Shown here: positions 33,511-43,173 of the stretch, piece by piece
Layout: each line of letters begins with the position of its first letter
Numbering within the stretch: position 1 is the stretch's first letter
NCBI GenBank assembly: GCA_009379955.1
Contig: WHST01000007.1
Span: 6,267-70,266 of the forward strand
DNA from: Streptosporangiales bacterium
GTDB taxonomy: Bacteria; Actinomycetota; Actinomycetes; Streptosporangiales; WHST01
Length of the DNA: 64,000 bases
Direction: 5' to 3'
Notes under the pieces: generated by a model
What the model saw: the letters and a program-made list of their open reading frames with translations, nothing else
What the model was told of the DNA's origin: nothing
Databases searched by the model: none
Made by a program: the position numbers and the translations under genes

Positions 33511-34030
33511 CATCAAGGGCTTCGGGGTGACCTTCTCGACGATGTTCAAGAAGACATTCACGGAGCTGTACCCCGAGGTCAGGAAGGACACGTTCCCGCG
33601 GTTCCACGGCCGGCACCAGCTGAACCGCTGGCCCGACGGCCTGGAGAAGTGCATCGGCTGCGAGCTGTGCGCGTGGGCGTGCCCGGCGGACGCGATCTAC
33701 GTCGAGGGCGCGGACAACTCCGACGACGACCGCTACTCGCCCGGGGAGCGGTTCGGGCGGGTCTACCAGATCAACTACCTGCGCTGCATCCTGTGCGGGC
33801 TCTGCATCGAGGCATGCCCGACGCGCGCGCTCACCATGACCAACGAGTACGAGCTGGCCGACGACAACAGGAACGAGCTCATCTACACCAAGGAGATGCT
33901 GCTCGCCCCGCTGCGCGAGGGCATGGAGGCTCCGCCGCACCCGATGCGTCTCGGCGAGACGGAGACCGACTACTACGTCCACGCCACCCGCGAGGACGTC
34001 AGCACCGAGAAGCCGCGGGAGGACGTGTGA
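33503..34030 (+). CDS. nuoI: NADH-quinone oxidoreductase subunit I
   Basis: Two ferredoxin motifs, [12 protein letters not shown] and [12 protein letters not shown]. Confidence 0.96.
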   Translation: MADIKGFGVTFSTMFKKTFTELYPEVRKDTFPRFHGRHQLNRWPDGLEKCIGCELCAWACPADAIYVEGADNSDDDRYSPGERFGRVYQINYLRCILCGLCIEACPTRALTMTNEYELADDNRNELIYTKEMLLAPLREGMEAPPHPMRLGETETDYYVHATREDVSTEKPREDV

Positions 34031-34076
34031 CGAGCACTTCCGCGAAGGAGCTCCGCGAGGGAGGAGGCGGTCGCGG

Positions 34077-35021
34077 ATGACGAGCACGGTCGGCTTCTGG
34101 TTCGCGGCGGTGGTGCTGCTCGTCGCCGCGGGGGCGGCGGGCGCGACCCGGCGCTACATCCTGTCCGGTGTCATCGGCACCATCGGGCTGCTCTCGATCC
34201 TGTTCGCGCTCGGCGGCATGCCGGTCGCGCACGGCGGCGAGGCGGCGACGTTCTGGATCTGCTCGCTGGTCGCGGTGCCGGCGGCCGTCACGATGGTGGC
34301 GGCGAAGAAGGCCGTGCACAGCGCGCTGTGCCTCGCGGTCGTGATGATCACGCTCGCCGTGCTCTACGCCGTGCTCGAGGCGCCGTTCCTCGCGTTCGTG
34401 CAGATCATCGTCTACACCGGCGCCGTCCTGATGCTGTTCCTCTTCGTACTGATGCTCGTCGGCGTCGACTCTTCCGACGCGTTGACCGAGACGATCCGCG
34501 GCCAGCGCGTCGCGACGATCGTGCTGGGCTTCGGGTTCCTGCTGCTCATGCTGTCCGGCGTGGGTGCGGCTCTGTCCTCCACGTCCGCGGGCAGCCTCGA
34601 ACGCGCGAACGCCGACGGCAACGTCCTCGGCATCGCGACCGACCTGTTCACCACGTACGTCTTCGCGTTCGAGGTGACGAGCGCGCTGCTCATCACGGCG
34701 GCCCTCGGCGCCATGGTGCTCGCACACCGGCAGCAGACGAAGGTCGGCCAGAAGGTCCTCGGCCGCCGGCGGATCGCTGGTCCCGACCCGGGACCGATGT
34801 CTCCTCCCGGCGTGTACGCCCGCCACAACTCGGTCGACACGCCCGCGCTCCTTCCCGACGGCACGCCGTCGGAGCTCTCGGTGCACCAGGTGTTCCGCAC
34901 CAGGGGCGTCGTCCGCGAGGTGGAGACCACGCCGGGCGGTGCCGTGACGGTCGCTCCGGAGGAGCCGCCGAGCGAGCAGGAGAAGGGCGAGCTGTCCGAG
35001 GGCGAGAGGAAGGGCGACTGA
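34077..35021 (+). CDS. nuoJ: NADH-quinone oxidoreductase subunit J (with long C-terminal extension)
   Basis: The ND6-like transmembrane core includes [25 protein letters not shown] hydrophilic tail of about 100 aa follows the core. Confidence 0.92.
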   Translation: MTSTVGFWFAAVVLLVAAGAAGATRRYILSGVIGTIGLLSILFALGGMPVAHGGEAATFWICSLVAVPAAVTMVAAKKAVHSALCLAVVMITLAVLYAVLEAPFLAFVQIIVYTGAVLMLFLFVLMLVGVDSSDALTETIRGQRVATIVLGFGFLLLMLSGVGAALSSTSAGSLERANADGNVLGIATDLFTTYVFAFEVTSALLITAALGAMVLAHRQQTKVGQKVLGRRRIAGPDPGPMSPPGVYARHNSVDTPALLPDGTPSELSVHQVFRTRGVVREVETTPGGAVTVAPEEPPSEQEKGELSEGERKGD

Positions 35022-35038
35022 CTCATGGAGGACGGCTC

Positions 35039-35338
35039 ATGACACCTCTCGCGTACCTGCTGCTCTCGTCCACGCTGTTCCTCATCGGCGCGGGAGGCGT
35101 GCTGCTGCGCCGCAACTCGATCATCGTCTTCATGAGCGTCGAGCTGATGCTCAACGCCGCCAACCTCGCGTTCGTGGCGTTCTCGCGCATGCACGGCGAG
35201 CTCGACGGTCAGATCGTGGCGTTCTTCGTGATGGTGGTGGCCGCCGCCGAGGTCGTGGTCGGCCTGGCCATCATCATGACCATCTTCCGTTCCCGCAGGT
35301 CGGCGTCCGTCGACGACGCCAACCTGCTCAAGTTCTGA
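35039..35338 (+). CDS. nuoK: NADH-quinone oxidoreductase subunit K
   Basis: In frame inside ORF 34328..35338. Reads [48 protein letters not shown]. 99 aa. Confidence 0.95.
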   Translation: MTPLAYLLLSSTLFLIGAGGVLLRRNSIIVFMSVELMLNAANLAFVAFSRMHGELDGQIVAFFVMVVAAAEVVVGLAIIMTIFRSRRSASVDDANLLKF

Positions 35339-35351
35339 GAGGCACTGACAG

Positions 35352-37295
35352 ATGCCCCCAGGTGCTGTGGCGCTCGCTGCCGAGCCGATGCATCCGGCCG
35401 CGGCGAGCGGTGCCTTCTCGCTGTCCTGGCTGCTCGTCGCCCTGCCGCTGGTCAGCGCGGCCGTCCTCCTGCTCGGCGGGCGCCGCACCGACCGGTGGGG
35501 GCACCTGCTCGGCTGCGCCTCGGTCCTCGGCTCGTTCGTCATCGGCCTCGTCACGTTCTTCTCGCTGATCGCGCGAGCACCCGGTGACCGTACGGTCGCC
35601 CAGCACCTCTTCAGCTGGGTCGCGGTGGGCAGGTTCGAGGTCGACTGGGGCTTCCTGATCGACCCACTGTCGATCTGCTTCGTGCTGCTCATCACCGGCG
35701 TCGGGTCGCTGATCCACGTCTACTCCGTCGGCTACATGGAGCACGACCCCGACAAGCGGCGCTTCTTCGCGTACCTCAACCTGTTCATCGCGGCGATGCT
35801 GCTGCTCGTCCTCGGCGACAGCTACCTGATGCTCTACATCGGGTGGGAGGGCGTCGGCCTCGCCTCGTACCTGCTCATCGGCTTCTGGCAGCACAAGCCG
35901 GCGGCGGCGGTCGCGGCGAAGAAGGCGTTCGTCGTCAACCGGGTCGGCGACTTCGGCCTGTCGATCGCGGTGTTCCTGATGTTCTCGATGTTCGGCGCCG
36001 TCTCGTTCACCGGCGTCTTCAACGGGATCGACGAGGCGAGCAACGGCGCGCTCACCGTCATGGGGCTGCTCATCCTGCTCGGCGCGACGGGCAAGTCGGC
36101 CCAGGTGCCGCTGCAGTCCTGGCTGCTCGACGCCATGGAGGGCCCGACCCCGGTCTCGGCGCTGATCCACGCGGCGACGATGGTCACGGCCGGCGTCTAC
36201 GTCATCGTCAGGTCCAACCCCATCTTCGAGGCGGCGCCCAACGCGCAGATCGCGGTCACGGTGGTCGGCGCGGTCACGCTGCTGTTCGGCGCGTTCATCG
36301 GGTGCGCCAAGGACGACATCAAGAAGTCGCTCGCCGGTTCGACGATGAGCCAGATCGGCTACATGCACCTCGCGGCCGGTCTCGGACCGGTCGGCGCCGC
36401 GTTCGCCATCGCGCACCTGCTCGCGCACGGCACGTTCAAGGCGGTGCTGTTCCTCGGCGCCGGCTCGGTGATGCACGCGACCAACGACCAGGTCGACATG
36501 CGCAGGTTCGGCGGTCTGCGCAAGAAGATGCCGATCACGTTCTGGACGTTCATCCTCGCGTGGGCGGCGATCATCGGCGTTCCGCTGTTCGCCGGCTGGT
36601 GGACCAAGGACAAGATCATCGAGTCCGCGTTCGCGCACGGGCCCGTCGCCGGCTGGCTGCTCGGCGGTGCCGCCGCACTCGGCGCCGCGATCACCGCGTT
36701 CTACATGACCCGCATGGTCATCATGACGTTCTTCGGCAAGCAGCGCTGGGACGACGACGTCCATCCACACGAGTCACCACCGGTGATGACGGTGCCGCTG
36801 ATCATCCTGTCGATCGGCTCGGTGTTCGGCGGCTGGTTCCTCATCGGCGGTGACCGGCTGGCGCACTTCCTCGAGCCGGTCGTCGGCGAGGCGCACCACG
36901 TCGAGCCGCCGCTCACGGCGACGACGATCACCGTCGGCCTGGGCGTCCTGATGGTCCTCGGCGTGCTGCTCGCCTGGCTGATGTACGGGCGACCCGCGGT
37001 GCCGGAGGTCGCACCCGTCGGCAACGCGCTCGTCCGCGCCGGCCGCCGCGATCTCTACGGCGACGCGTTCAACGAGTCGGTGTTCATGCGCCCCGGCCAG
37101 TACCTCACGCGGTCGCTGGTGTTCTTCGACAACCGGCTCGTCGACGGCGCGGTGAACGGCATCGCCGGCCTCGTCGGCAACACTTCGTTGTGGTGGCGGC
37201 AGGCGCAGACCGGTTTCGTCCGCTCGTACGCCCTGTCGATGCTGCTCGGCGCGGCCGTGGTGTCGGCGCTCGTCCTGATCGTGGTGGTGCTGTGA
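35352..37295 (+). CDS. nuoL: NADH-quinone oxidoreductase subunit L
   Basis: 647 aa antiporter-like subunit with [18 protein letters not shown] and [36 protein letters not shown]. Confidence 0.96.
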   Translation: MPPGAVALAAEPMHPAAASGAFSLSWLLVALPLVSAAVLLLGGRRTDRWGHLLGCASVLGSFVIGLVTFFSLIARAPGDRTVAQHLFSWVAVGRFEVDWGFLIDPLSICFVLLITGVGSLIHVYSVGYMEHDPDKRRFFAYLNLFIAAMLLLVLGDSYLMLYIGWEGVGLASYLLIGFWQHKPAAAVAAKKAFVVNRVGDFGLSIAVFLMFSMFGAVSFTGVFNGIDEASNGALTVMGLLILLGATGKSAQVPLQSWLLDAMEGPTPVSALIHAATMVTAGVYVIVRSNPIFEAAPNAQIAVTVVGAVTLLFGAFIGCAKDDIKKSLAGSTMSQIGYMHLAAGLGPVGAAFAIAHLLAHGTFKAVLFLGAGSVMHATNDQVDMRRFGGLRKKMPITFWTFILAWAAIIGVPLFAGWWTKDKIIESAFAHGPVAGWLLGGAAALGAAITAFYMTRMVIMTFFGKQRWDDDVHPHESPPVMTVPLIILSIGSVFGGWFLIGGDRLAHFLEPVVGEAHHVEPPLTATTITVGLGVLMVLGVLLAWLMYGRPAVPEVAPVGNALVRAGRRDLYGDAFNESVFMRPGQYLTRSLVFFDNRLVDGAVNGIAGLVGNTSLWWRQAQTGFVRSYALSMLLGAAVVSALVLIVVVL

Positions 37296-38818
37296 CCGTC
37301 CCCTGGATCACCATTATCGCGGTGCTGCCGCTGATCGGGTCGATCGTCATCGCGGCGCTGCCGCGCACGAGCACGCAGTTCGCCAAGCGGCTCGCGCTGT
37401 TCGTCTCGCTGCTCGTCCTCGTGCTCACGGCGATCATGGCCGCGCAGTTCAGGCTCGACGGCCCGCGCTTCCAGTTCGTCGAGAGCTACCCGTGGATCCC
37501 GCAGTTCGGCGTCCGCTACGCGGTCGGCCTCGACGGGATCGGCCTCGTCCTCGTCGCGCTCACCGTCATCCTCGTGCCGATCGCGCTGATGGGCGCGTGG
37601 CGCGAGAAGGGCGCCGTCCGCGGCAAGAACGGCCCAGGCGCCAAGGGCTACTTCGCGCTGATCCTCGCGCTCGAGACTGCGATCATCGGCGTGTTCGCCG
37701 CCACCGACCTGTTCGTGTTCTACGTGCTGTTCGAGGCCATGCTCATCCCGATGTACTTCATGATCGGGAGGTACGGCGGTCCTCGGCGGCAGTACGCCGC
37801 GGTGAAGTTCCTGCTGTACAGCCTGCTCGGCGGCCTGCTGATGCTCGCCGCGGTGATCGTGCTCGCCGTGACGGCCAGGCAGCAGGGCGAGACGACGTTC
37901 GCGTTCGAGGCACTGCGCAACCTCAGCATCGACGAGTCGACGCAACGCTGGCTGTTCCTCGGCTTCTTCATCGCGTTCGCGATCAAGGCGCCGCTGTGGC
38001 CCTTCCACACCTGGCTGCCCGACGCGGCGTCCGAGGGGCGACCGACCAGCGCGATCCTGCTCGTCGGCCTGATGGACAAGGCCGGCACGTTCGGCATGAT
38101 CCGCTACTGCCTCGAGCTGTTCCCCGACGCCGCGCACTTCTTCACCCCCGCGGTGATCGTGCTCGCCGTCGTCGGCGTCCTCTACGGCGCGCTCGCCACG
38201 ATCGGGCAGAAGGACATCGTGCGGCTGATCGCGTACACGTCGGTGTCGCACTTCGGGCTGATCGTGCTCGGCATCTTCGCGATGACGTCCCAGGGCCAGG
38301 TCGGCGCGACGTTCTACATGCTCAGCCACGGGTTCTCCACCGGTGCGCTGTTCCTGCTGGCCGGCATCATGATCGCCAGGCGCGGCTCGCGGCAGATCGA
38401 CGACTTCGGCGGGGTCATCAAGGTCGCGCCGGTGCTCGCCGGCACGTTCCTCGTCGCGTGCCTGTCCGGCCTGGCCATGCCGGGACTGTCGACGTTCGTC
38501 AGCGAGTTCCTCGTGCTGCTGGGCACGTTCACCCGCTACCCGGTGCTCGCGGTGATCGCCACGCTGGGCATCGTCCTCGCGGCGCTGTACATGCTGTGGC
38601 TGTACCAGCGCACGATGACCGGGCCGGGCGGGCCCGAGGTCGCGAAGATCAAGGACCTGGGCAGGCGCGAGAAGCTCGCGGTCGCGCCGCTCGTGGCGCT
38701 GCTGCTCCTGCTCGGTCTCTTCCCCAAGCCCGTGCTCGACGTCATCGACCCCGCGGTCCAGCAGACGATGACGAGGCTCCAGGTGCAGGACGTGAGTGCC
38801 GAAGGGAACAACCCGTGA
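37292..38818 (+). CDS. nuoM: NADH-quinone oxidoreductase subunit M
   Basis: GTG at 37292 overlaps the nuoL stop (GTGA). Contains [13 protein letters not shown] and [14 protein letters not shown]. Confidence 0.95.
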   Translation: MTVPWITIIAVLPLIGSIVIAALPRTSTQFAKRLALFVSLLVLVLTAIMAAQFRLDGPRFQFVESYPWIPQFGVRYAVGLDGIGLVLVALTVILVPIALMGAWREKGAVRGKNGPGAKGYFALILALETAIIGVFAATDLFVFYVLFEAMLIPMYFMIGRYGGPRRQYAAVKFLLYSLLGGLLMLAAVIVLAVTARQQGETTFAFEALRNLSIDESTQRWLFLGFFIAFAIKAPLWPFHTWLPDAASEGRPTSAILLVGLMDKAGTFGMIRYCLELFPDAAHFFTPAVIVLAVVGVLYGALATIGQKDIVRLIAYTSVSHFGLIVLGIFAMTSQGQVGATFYMLSHGFSTGALFLLAGIMIARRGSRQIDDFGGVIKVAPVLAGTFLVACLSGLAMPGLSTFVSEFLVLLGTFTRYPVLAVIATLGIVLAALYMLWLYQRTMTGPGGPEVAKIKDLGRREKLAVAPLVALLLLLGLFPKPVLDVIDPAVQQTMTRLQVQDVSAEGNNP

Positions 38819-40344
38819 ACGCGCCCGTCATCGAGTACACCCAGCTGCTGCCGGTCCTGATCGTGTTCGGCGCGGCGATCGTCGGCGTGCTCATCGAGGC
38901 GTTCGTGTCACGGGACAGCAGGCGTGCGCTGCAGATCCCGCTGACCTTCGCGTCCCTGGTGGCGGGGTTCGTCACGCTGTTCTTCATCGACGATGTCCCC
39001 AACGCCGCCGCGATGGGCGCGATCGGCATCGACGCCCCGACCCTCTTCATCCAGGGCACGATCCTGCTGCTCGCGATCGTGAGCGTGCTGCTGGTCTCGG
39101 AGCGCAAGGTCGACGGTGGTGGTCCGTTCGTCGCGGAGGCCGCGGCGCTGCCGGGCAGCGAGCAGGAGCGGCGCGGCCTGCAGGAGGGCGCGCAGCACAC
39201 CGAGGTCTACCCGCTGGTGTTGTTCGCGGTCGGCGGCATGCTGCTGTTCCCCGCGTCCAACGACCTGCTGATGATGTTCGTGGCGCTCGAGGTCATGTCG
39301 CTCCCGCTGTACCTGCTGTGCGGACTCGCCCGCCGCCGGCGGCTGCTGTCGCAGGAGGCGGCGCTCAAGTACTTCCTGCTCGGCGCGTTCGCATCGGCGT
39401 TCTTCCTCTACGGTGTCGCGCTGCTGTACGGCTACGCGGGCACCATCAGGCTCGCCGGCATCGCCCAGGCCGCGAGCACGAGCGCGCAGAGCGACATCCT
39501 GCTCTACGCGGGACTCGCCCTGCTGGCCGTCGGCCTGCTGTTCAAGCTCGGCGCCGTCCCGTTCCACGCCTGGACCCCCGACGTCTACCAGGGCGCGCCC
39601 ACGGCGATCACCGCCTTCATGTCGGCGTGCACCAAGGTCGCGGCGTTCGGTGCGCTGCTGCGCGTCTTCTACGTCGCGTTCGGCGGGCTGCGCTGGGACT
39701 GGCGGCCGATGATGTGGGTGATCGCGATCCTCACGATGGTGGTCGGCTCGGTGCTCGCGATCACGCAGACCGACATCAAGCGCATGCTCGCCTACTCGTC
39801 CATCGCACACGCGGGCTTCATCCTCACCGCGGTGATCGACACCTCGACCCAGGGCCTGTCGAGCGCGCTGTTCTACCTGGCGGCGTACGGGTTCTCGGTG
39901 ATCGGTGCGTTCGCGATCGTCACCCTCGTCCGTGACGGCGGCGGTGAGGCCAACGACCTGTCCCGGTGGGTGGGCCTGGGTCGCCGGTCACCGGTGGTCG
40001 CGGCGATCTTCGCGTTCTTCCTGCTCGCCTTCGCCGGCATCCCGTTGACCAGCGGGTTCACCGGGAAGTACGCCGTGTTTCTCGCGGCGGTCGACGGCGG
40101 CGCGCTGCCGCTGGTGATCGTCGGTCTGTTGAGCAGCGTGGTGGCCGCCTTCTTCTACGTGCGGGTCATCGTGCTGATGTTCTTCCAGCAGCCGAAGGAG
40201 GAGGCCGCGACCGTCGCCGTACCGAGCATGTACACCTCGATCGCCATCGGACTCGGGGTAGCGGTTACGGTGGTGCTTGGCATCGTGCCTGGTCCGGTGC
40301 TGCAGCTGGCGCAGCAGGCGGCCCAGCACCTGTTCGTCGGCTGA
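38815..40344 (+). CDS. nuoN: NADH-quinone oxidoreductase subunit N
   Basis: GTG at 38815 overlaps the nuoM stop. Contains VALEVMSLPLYLL and KLGAVPFHAWTPDVYQGAP. Confidence 0.95.
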   Translation: MNAPVIEYTQLLPVLIVFGAAIVGVLIEAFVSRDSRRALQIPLTFASLVAGFVTLFFIDDVPNAAAMGAIGIDAPTLFIQGTILLLAIVSVLLVSERKVDGGGPFVAEAAALPGSEQERRGLQEGAQHTEVYPLVLFAVGGMLLFPASNDLLMMFVALEVMSLPLYLLCGLARRRRLLSQEAALKYFLLGAFASAFFLYGVALLYGYAGTIRLAGIAQAASTSAQSDILLYAGLALLAVGLLFKLGAVPFHAWTPDVYQGAPTAITAFMSACTKVAAFGALLRVFYVAFGGLRWDWRPMMWVIAILTMVVGSVLAITQTDIKRMLAYSSIAHAGFILTAVIDTSTQGLSSALFYLAAYGFSVIGAFAIVTLVRDGGGEANDLSRWVGLGRRSPVVAAIFAFFLLAFAGIPLTSGFTGKYAVFLAAVDGGALPLVIVGLLSSVVAAFFYVRVIVLMFFQQPKEEAATVAVPSMYTSIAIGLGVAVTVVLGIVPGPVLQLAQQAAQHLFVG

Positions 40345-40359
40345 GGGGAGTGGAGCGGC

Positions 40360-41364
40360 ATGTCCCGCGGCTCCTCGATCGGCACTGCCTTTCCGGTCGC
40401 CGACCCCGCCCTCGACACGTCGTTGCGGCTGCGCCTCGAGGCGGTCGAGGAGCTCCTCCTGCAGTCGGTCAAGAGCGAGTACCCGTTCGTCTCCGAGACC
40501 TCCAGCCACCTGCTCGTCGCCGGTGGCAAGAGGTTCCGGCCGTTGCTGACGCTGCTCGGCGCGCACTTCGGTGACCCCGAGGCGTCCGGCGTCGTGCCGG
40601 CGGCCGTGGTGGTCGAGCTGACCCACCTGGCGACCCTGTACCACGACGACGTCATGGACGAGGCCGTCCTGCGCCGCGGGGCGCAGAGCGCCAACGCTCG
40701 CTGGGGCAACACGGTCGCGATCCTGACCGGCGACTTCCTGTTCGCGCGGGCGTCCGACCTGCTCGCCGACCTCGGCCCGGAGTGCGTGCGCATCCAGGCC
40801 CGTACCTTCGAACGCCTGGTGCACGGCCAGATTCGCGAGACCGTCGGCGCCGAGGAGGGCGCCGACACCGTCGCCCACTACCTGCGGGTGATCGGCGACA
40901 AGACCGCGTCGCTCATCGCCACGTCCGGCCGTTTCGGCGCCTTGCTCGGCGGCGCCGACGACGCTGTGGTCGGCCACGTGACCCGCTATTGCGAGCGCAT
41001 CGGCATGGCGTTCCAGCTGAGCGACGACCTGCTCGACATCGTCGGCGACTCCACCGAGTTCGGCAAGACCCCCGGCACCGACCTGCGCGAGGGCATCCAC
41101 ACCCTCCCGGTGCTGTACGCGCTGCGCTCCGGCGACCCCGCCGACGCCCGCCTGCACGACCTGCTCGCCACCGACTTCGACGACGACGCCAGGCACGCCG
41201 AGACCCTCGCGCTGCTGCGCGCCCACCCGGCGATGCGCGAGGCTCACGACGACCTCGTCCGCTGCGCCGAGGACGCCCGCGCCGCCCTCGAACCCCTCCC
41301 CGACGTCCCGTCCAGAGCCGTCTTCGAGTCCCTCTGCGACTACGTGGTGGCCCGCACCGTCTGA
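40360..41364 (+). CDS. polyprenyl diphosphate synthase (trans-isoprenyl diphosphate synthase, menaquinone side-chain type; GrcC1/HepT-like)
   Basis: First aspartate-rich motif LYHDDVMDE and second motif QLSDDLLD. 334 aa, immediately after nuoN. Confidence 0.92.
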   Translation: MSRGSSIGTAFPVADPALDTSLRLRLEAVEELLLQSVKSEYPFVSETSSHLLVAGGKRFRPLLTLLGAHFGDPEASGVVPAAVVVELTHLATLYHDDVMDEAVLRRGAQSANARWGNTVAILTGDFLFARASDLLADLGPECVRIQARTFERLVHGQIRETVGAEEGADTVAHYLRVIGDKTASLIATSGRFGALLGGADDAVVGHVTRYCERIGMAFQLSDDLLDIVGDSTEFGKTPGTDLREGIHTLPVLYALRSGDPADARLHDLLATDFDDDARHAETLALLRAHPAMREAHDDLVRCAEDARAALEPLPDVPSRAVFESLCDYVVARTV

Positions 41365-41405
41365 CCCGCAGCGCCGCACCGTCTGACCCGCAGCGCCGCA
41401 CCGTC
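41353..41405. repeat. 2.4 copies of a 22-bp tandem repeat, CGCACCGTCTGACCCGCAGCGC, spanning the polyprenyl synthase stop codon
   Basis: Identical units at 41353-41374 and 41375-41396, plus a 9-nt partial third unit. The gene's TGA stop (41362-41364) lies in the first unit. Confidence 0.9.
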
Positions 41406-41417
41406 CCACGCTGGTTC

Positions 41418-41550
41418 CACGTCACATGGCACTACCGGACCACCGGCGACTTCACATGGCACTGCCTGGTCGAATGCCGCCTATGTCCCGGTTCGTCGCC
41501 GGTAGTGCCATGTGAGGTGAGCGACCGGCCCGGTAGTGCCATGTGACGTG
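41418..41550 (+). repeat. 133-nt nested double inverted repeat; predicted long extended hairpin
   Basis: The outer arms, 41418-41438 and 41530-41550, are perfectly complementary (21 bp). The inner arms, 41450-41466 and 41501-41517, pair 17/17 on the plus-strand RNA if two G.U pairs are allowed. Confidence 0.85.
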
Positions 41551-41589
41551 GGTGCGGGGTCACTGTCCACATATCGCGGTGGGTGACTC

Positions 41590-42525
41590 GTGCTCCGGGG
41601 TAGTCGTGCCGATGTACGGGACATGGACGACGACATCGTGACCCGCGCGAGCGCGGTTCGGAACGGGCGTACCAAGGGCCAGATCGACTACCTGGTCGAC
41701 GTGGGGCAGTGGGTGCGGTTACGCGACGGCATCTACTGTCCGCGGGCCGCCCTGGACACCGTCTCGTCGGAGCGTGCGCGCCACCGCCTCCTCGTGCTGG
41801 CGGCTCAGCGGTGCCTGCGCGACGAATCGGTCGCGAGCATGTGGTCGGCGGCGCGACTGCACGGACTCCCGGTCCCGCCGACATGTGACCACGAGGTCGA
41901 GCTCACCCGCGAGACGAGTCGAGTTCGGCGCTATCCCGGGTTGCATGTGCGGGTTGCCGCGCTGCCGCCCGATCACCTGGCGTCGCTCGACGGCGTGATC
42001 GCGACGTCTGCTGCCAGGACGGTCGTCGACCTGGCCAGGAACCTTCCGCTCATCGACGGTGTGGTGGTCGCCGACGCCGCACTCCATCAGGGCCTGACGA
42101 CGAAGGTCGATCTCGTCTCGGTCGTCAAGACGTGCCGACGTTGGCCGGGCGCCGCGCAGGCGCGTGGAGTGGTCGAGTTCGCGGACGGCGGAGCTGAGTC
42201 CCCGCTGGAGTCGAGGTCCCGTGTACGCCTCGTCCGCGACCTCGGCCTACCGACGCCGGAGCTCAACGTCGTGATCCCCGGTAGGGACGGGCGGCCGCTC
42301 GCGCGAGTCGACATGTACTGGCCGGAGTACCGAACGATCGGCGAGGCCGACGGCGCCATGAAGTACGGGGGAGGTGCGAGCACGCTCTTCCGCGAGAAGC
42401 TGCGCGAGGACGACCTGCGCGATCTCGACTACCAGTTCGTCCGCTGGACGTGGTGGGACATGGAAGGGCGGGCGATCCAGGTCGTCGCGCGCATCCGGCG
42501 GGCGTTCGCCCGCTATGCGGCGTGA
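41590..42525 (+). CDS. DUF559 / restriction-endonuclease-fold protein with AbiEi-like N-terminal region
   Basis: 311 aa. The N-terminal region (RGQIDYLV..G.W.R.R.G.Y) resembles the AbiEi-like antitoxin domain. The C-terminal region ESPLESRSRVRLVRDLGLPTPELNVVI....ARVDMYWPEYRTIGEADGAMKY is typical of actinobacterial DUF559 proteins. Confidence 0.7.
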   Translation: MLRGSRADVRDMDDDIVTRASAVRNGRTKGQIDYLVDVGQWVRLRDGIYCPRAALDTVSSERARHRLLVLAAQRCLRDESVASMWSAARLHGLPVPPTCDHEVELTRETSRVRRYPGLHVRVAALPPDHLASLDGVIATSAARTVVDLARNLPLIDGVVVADAALHQGLTTKVDLVSVVKTCRRWPGAAQARGVVEFADGGAESPLESRSRVRLVRDLGLPTPELNVVIPGRDGRPLARVDMYWPEYRTIGEADGAMKYGGGASTLFREKLREDDLRDLDYQFVRWTWWDMEGRAIQVVARIRRAFARYAA

Positions 42526-42529
42526 TACG

Positions 42530-43102
42530 TCAGCCACCCCCGCCGGTCACCGCGCGCAGCGCCTCGGCCAGGTCGCGGCCCGAGGGGGCGCGGTCGGGGT
42601 CGATGAGCCACTGGCCGAGCACGCCGCTCAGCAGTGCCGAGTAGAACGAGCCGAGGGTGCGGCTCTGCTCGTCGGTGACGTCCGCCTCGTCGATGCCCTG
42701 GATCACGGCGACCAGCCCGCGGCGTCCCTCCTCCTGGCCGGCGGCGAGCTGCGCGCGGAGCTCGGGGGACCGGCGGGCCTGCAGGAAGCTCTCGAAGCTG
42801 GCGGCCGCGAGCTCGGGCTGCCGGGTCGCCACTTCGAGGAGCCCCGTCCAGGCCGTCGCGAACCGCTCGATCGGGTCGCTGACGTCGTCGTCCGGCATCG
42901 CCGTGGCGAACTCCGCGCCCCACGAGTCCATGACCTCGAAGAGCGCGGCGTTGAGCAGCGCCTCCTTCGAGCCGAAGTGGTACCCGATCGCGGCCAGGCT
43001 GGTGCCCGCTGCCGAGGCAATGTCGCGCGCGGTGATCTGGGCGTATCCCTTCTCGCGCAGACACCGCACCGCGCCGCCCAGCAGGTCTTCCCGGTTACCC
43101 AT
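42530..43102 (-). CDS. TetR/AcrR family transcriptional regulator
   Basis: Inner ATG of ORF 42530..43237. Reads MGNREDLLGGAVRCLREKGYAQITARDIASAAGTSLAAIGYHFGSKEALL. Confidence 0.9.
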   Translation of the reverse strand: MGNREDLLGGAVRCLREKGYAQITARDIASAAGTSLAAIGYHFGSKEALLNAALFEVMDSWGAEFATAMPDDDVSDPIERFATAWTGLLEVATRQPELAAASFESFLQARRSPELRAQLAAGQEEGRRGLVAVIQGIDEADVTDEQSRTLGSFYSALLSGVLGQWLIDPDRAPSGRDLAEALRAVTGGGG

Positions 43103-43115
43103 GCGGTGACTGTAG

Positions 43116-43160
43116 CGCACGTCTGAGACGAACGTCTTGCACAAATGTCTCAGACGTGCG
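43116..43160. promoter_or_regulatory. Perfect 14-bp inverted repeat (17-bp spacer) between the TetR and monooxygenase genes; probable TetR operator
   Basis: CGCACGTCTGAGAC (43116-43129) and GTCTCAGACGTGCG (43147-43160). Confidence 0.65.
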
Positions 43161-43173
43161 TACGATCCTCGGC

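Noticed and set aside
37492-40344. 950-aa plus-strand ORF apparently spanning nuoM and nuoN.
   Set aside because: The first ~440 codons are an out-of-frame read through nuoM (Arg/Pro/Ala-rich). Only the part from the GTG at 38815 is the real nuoN.
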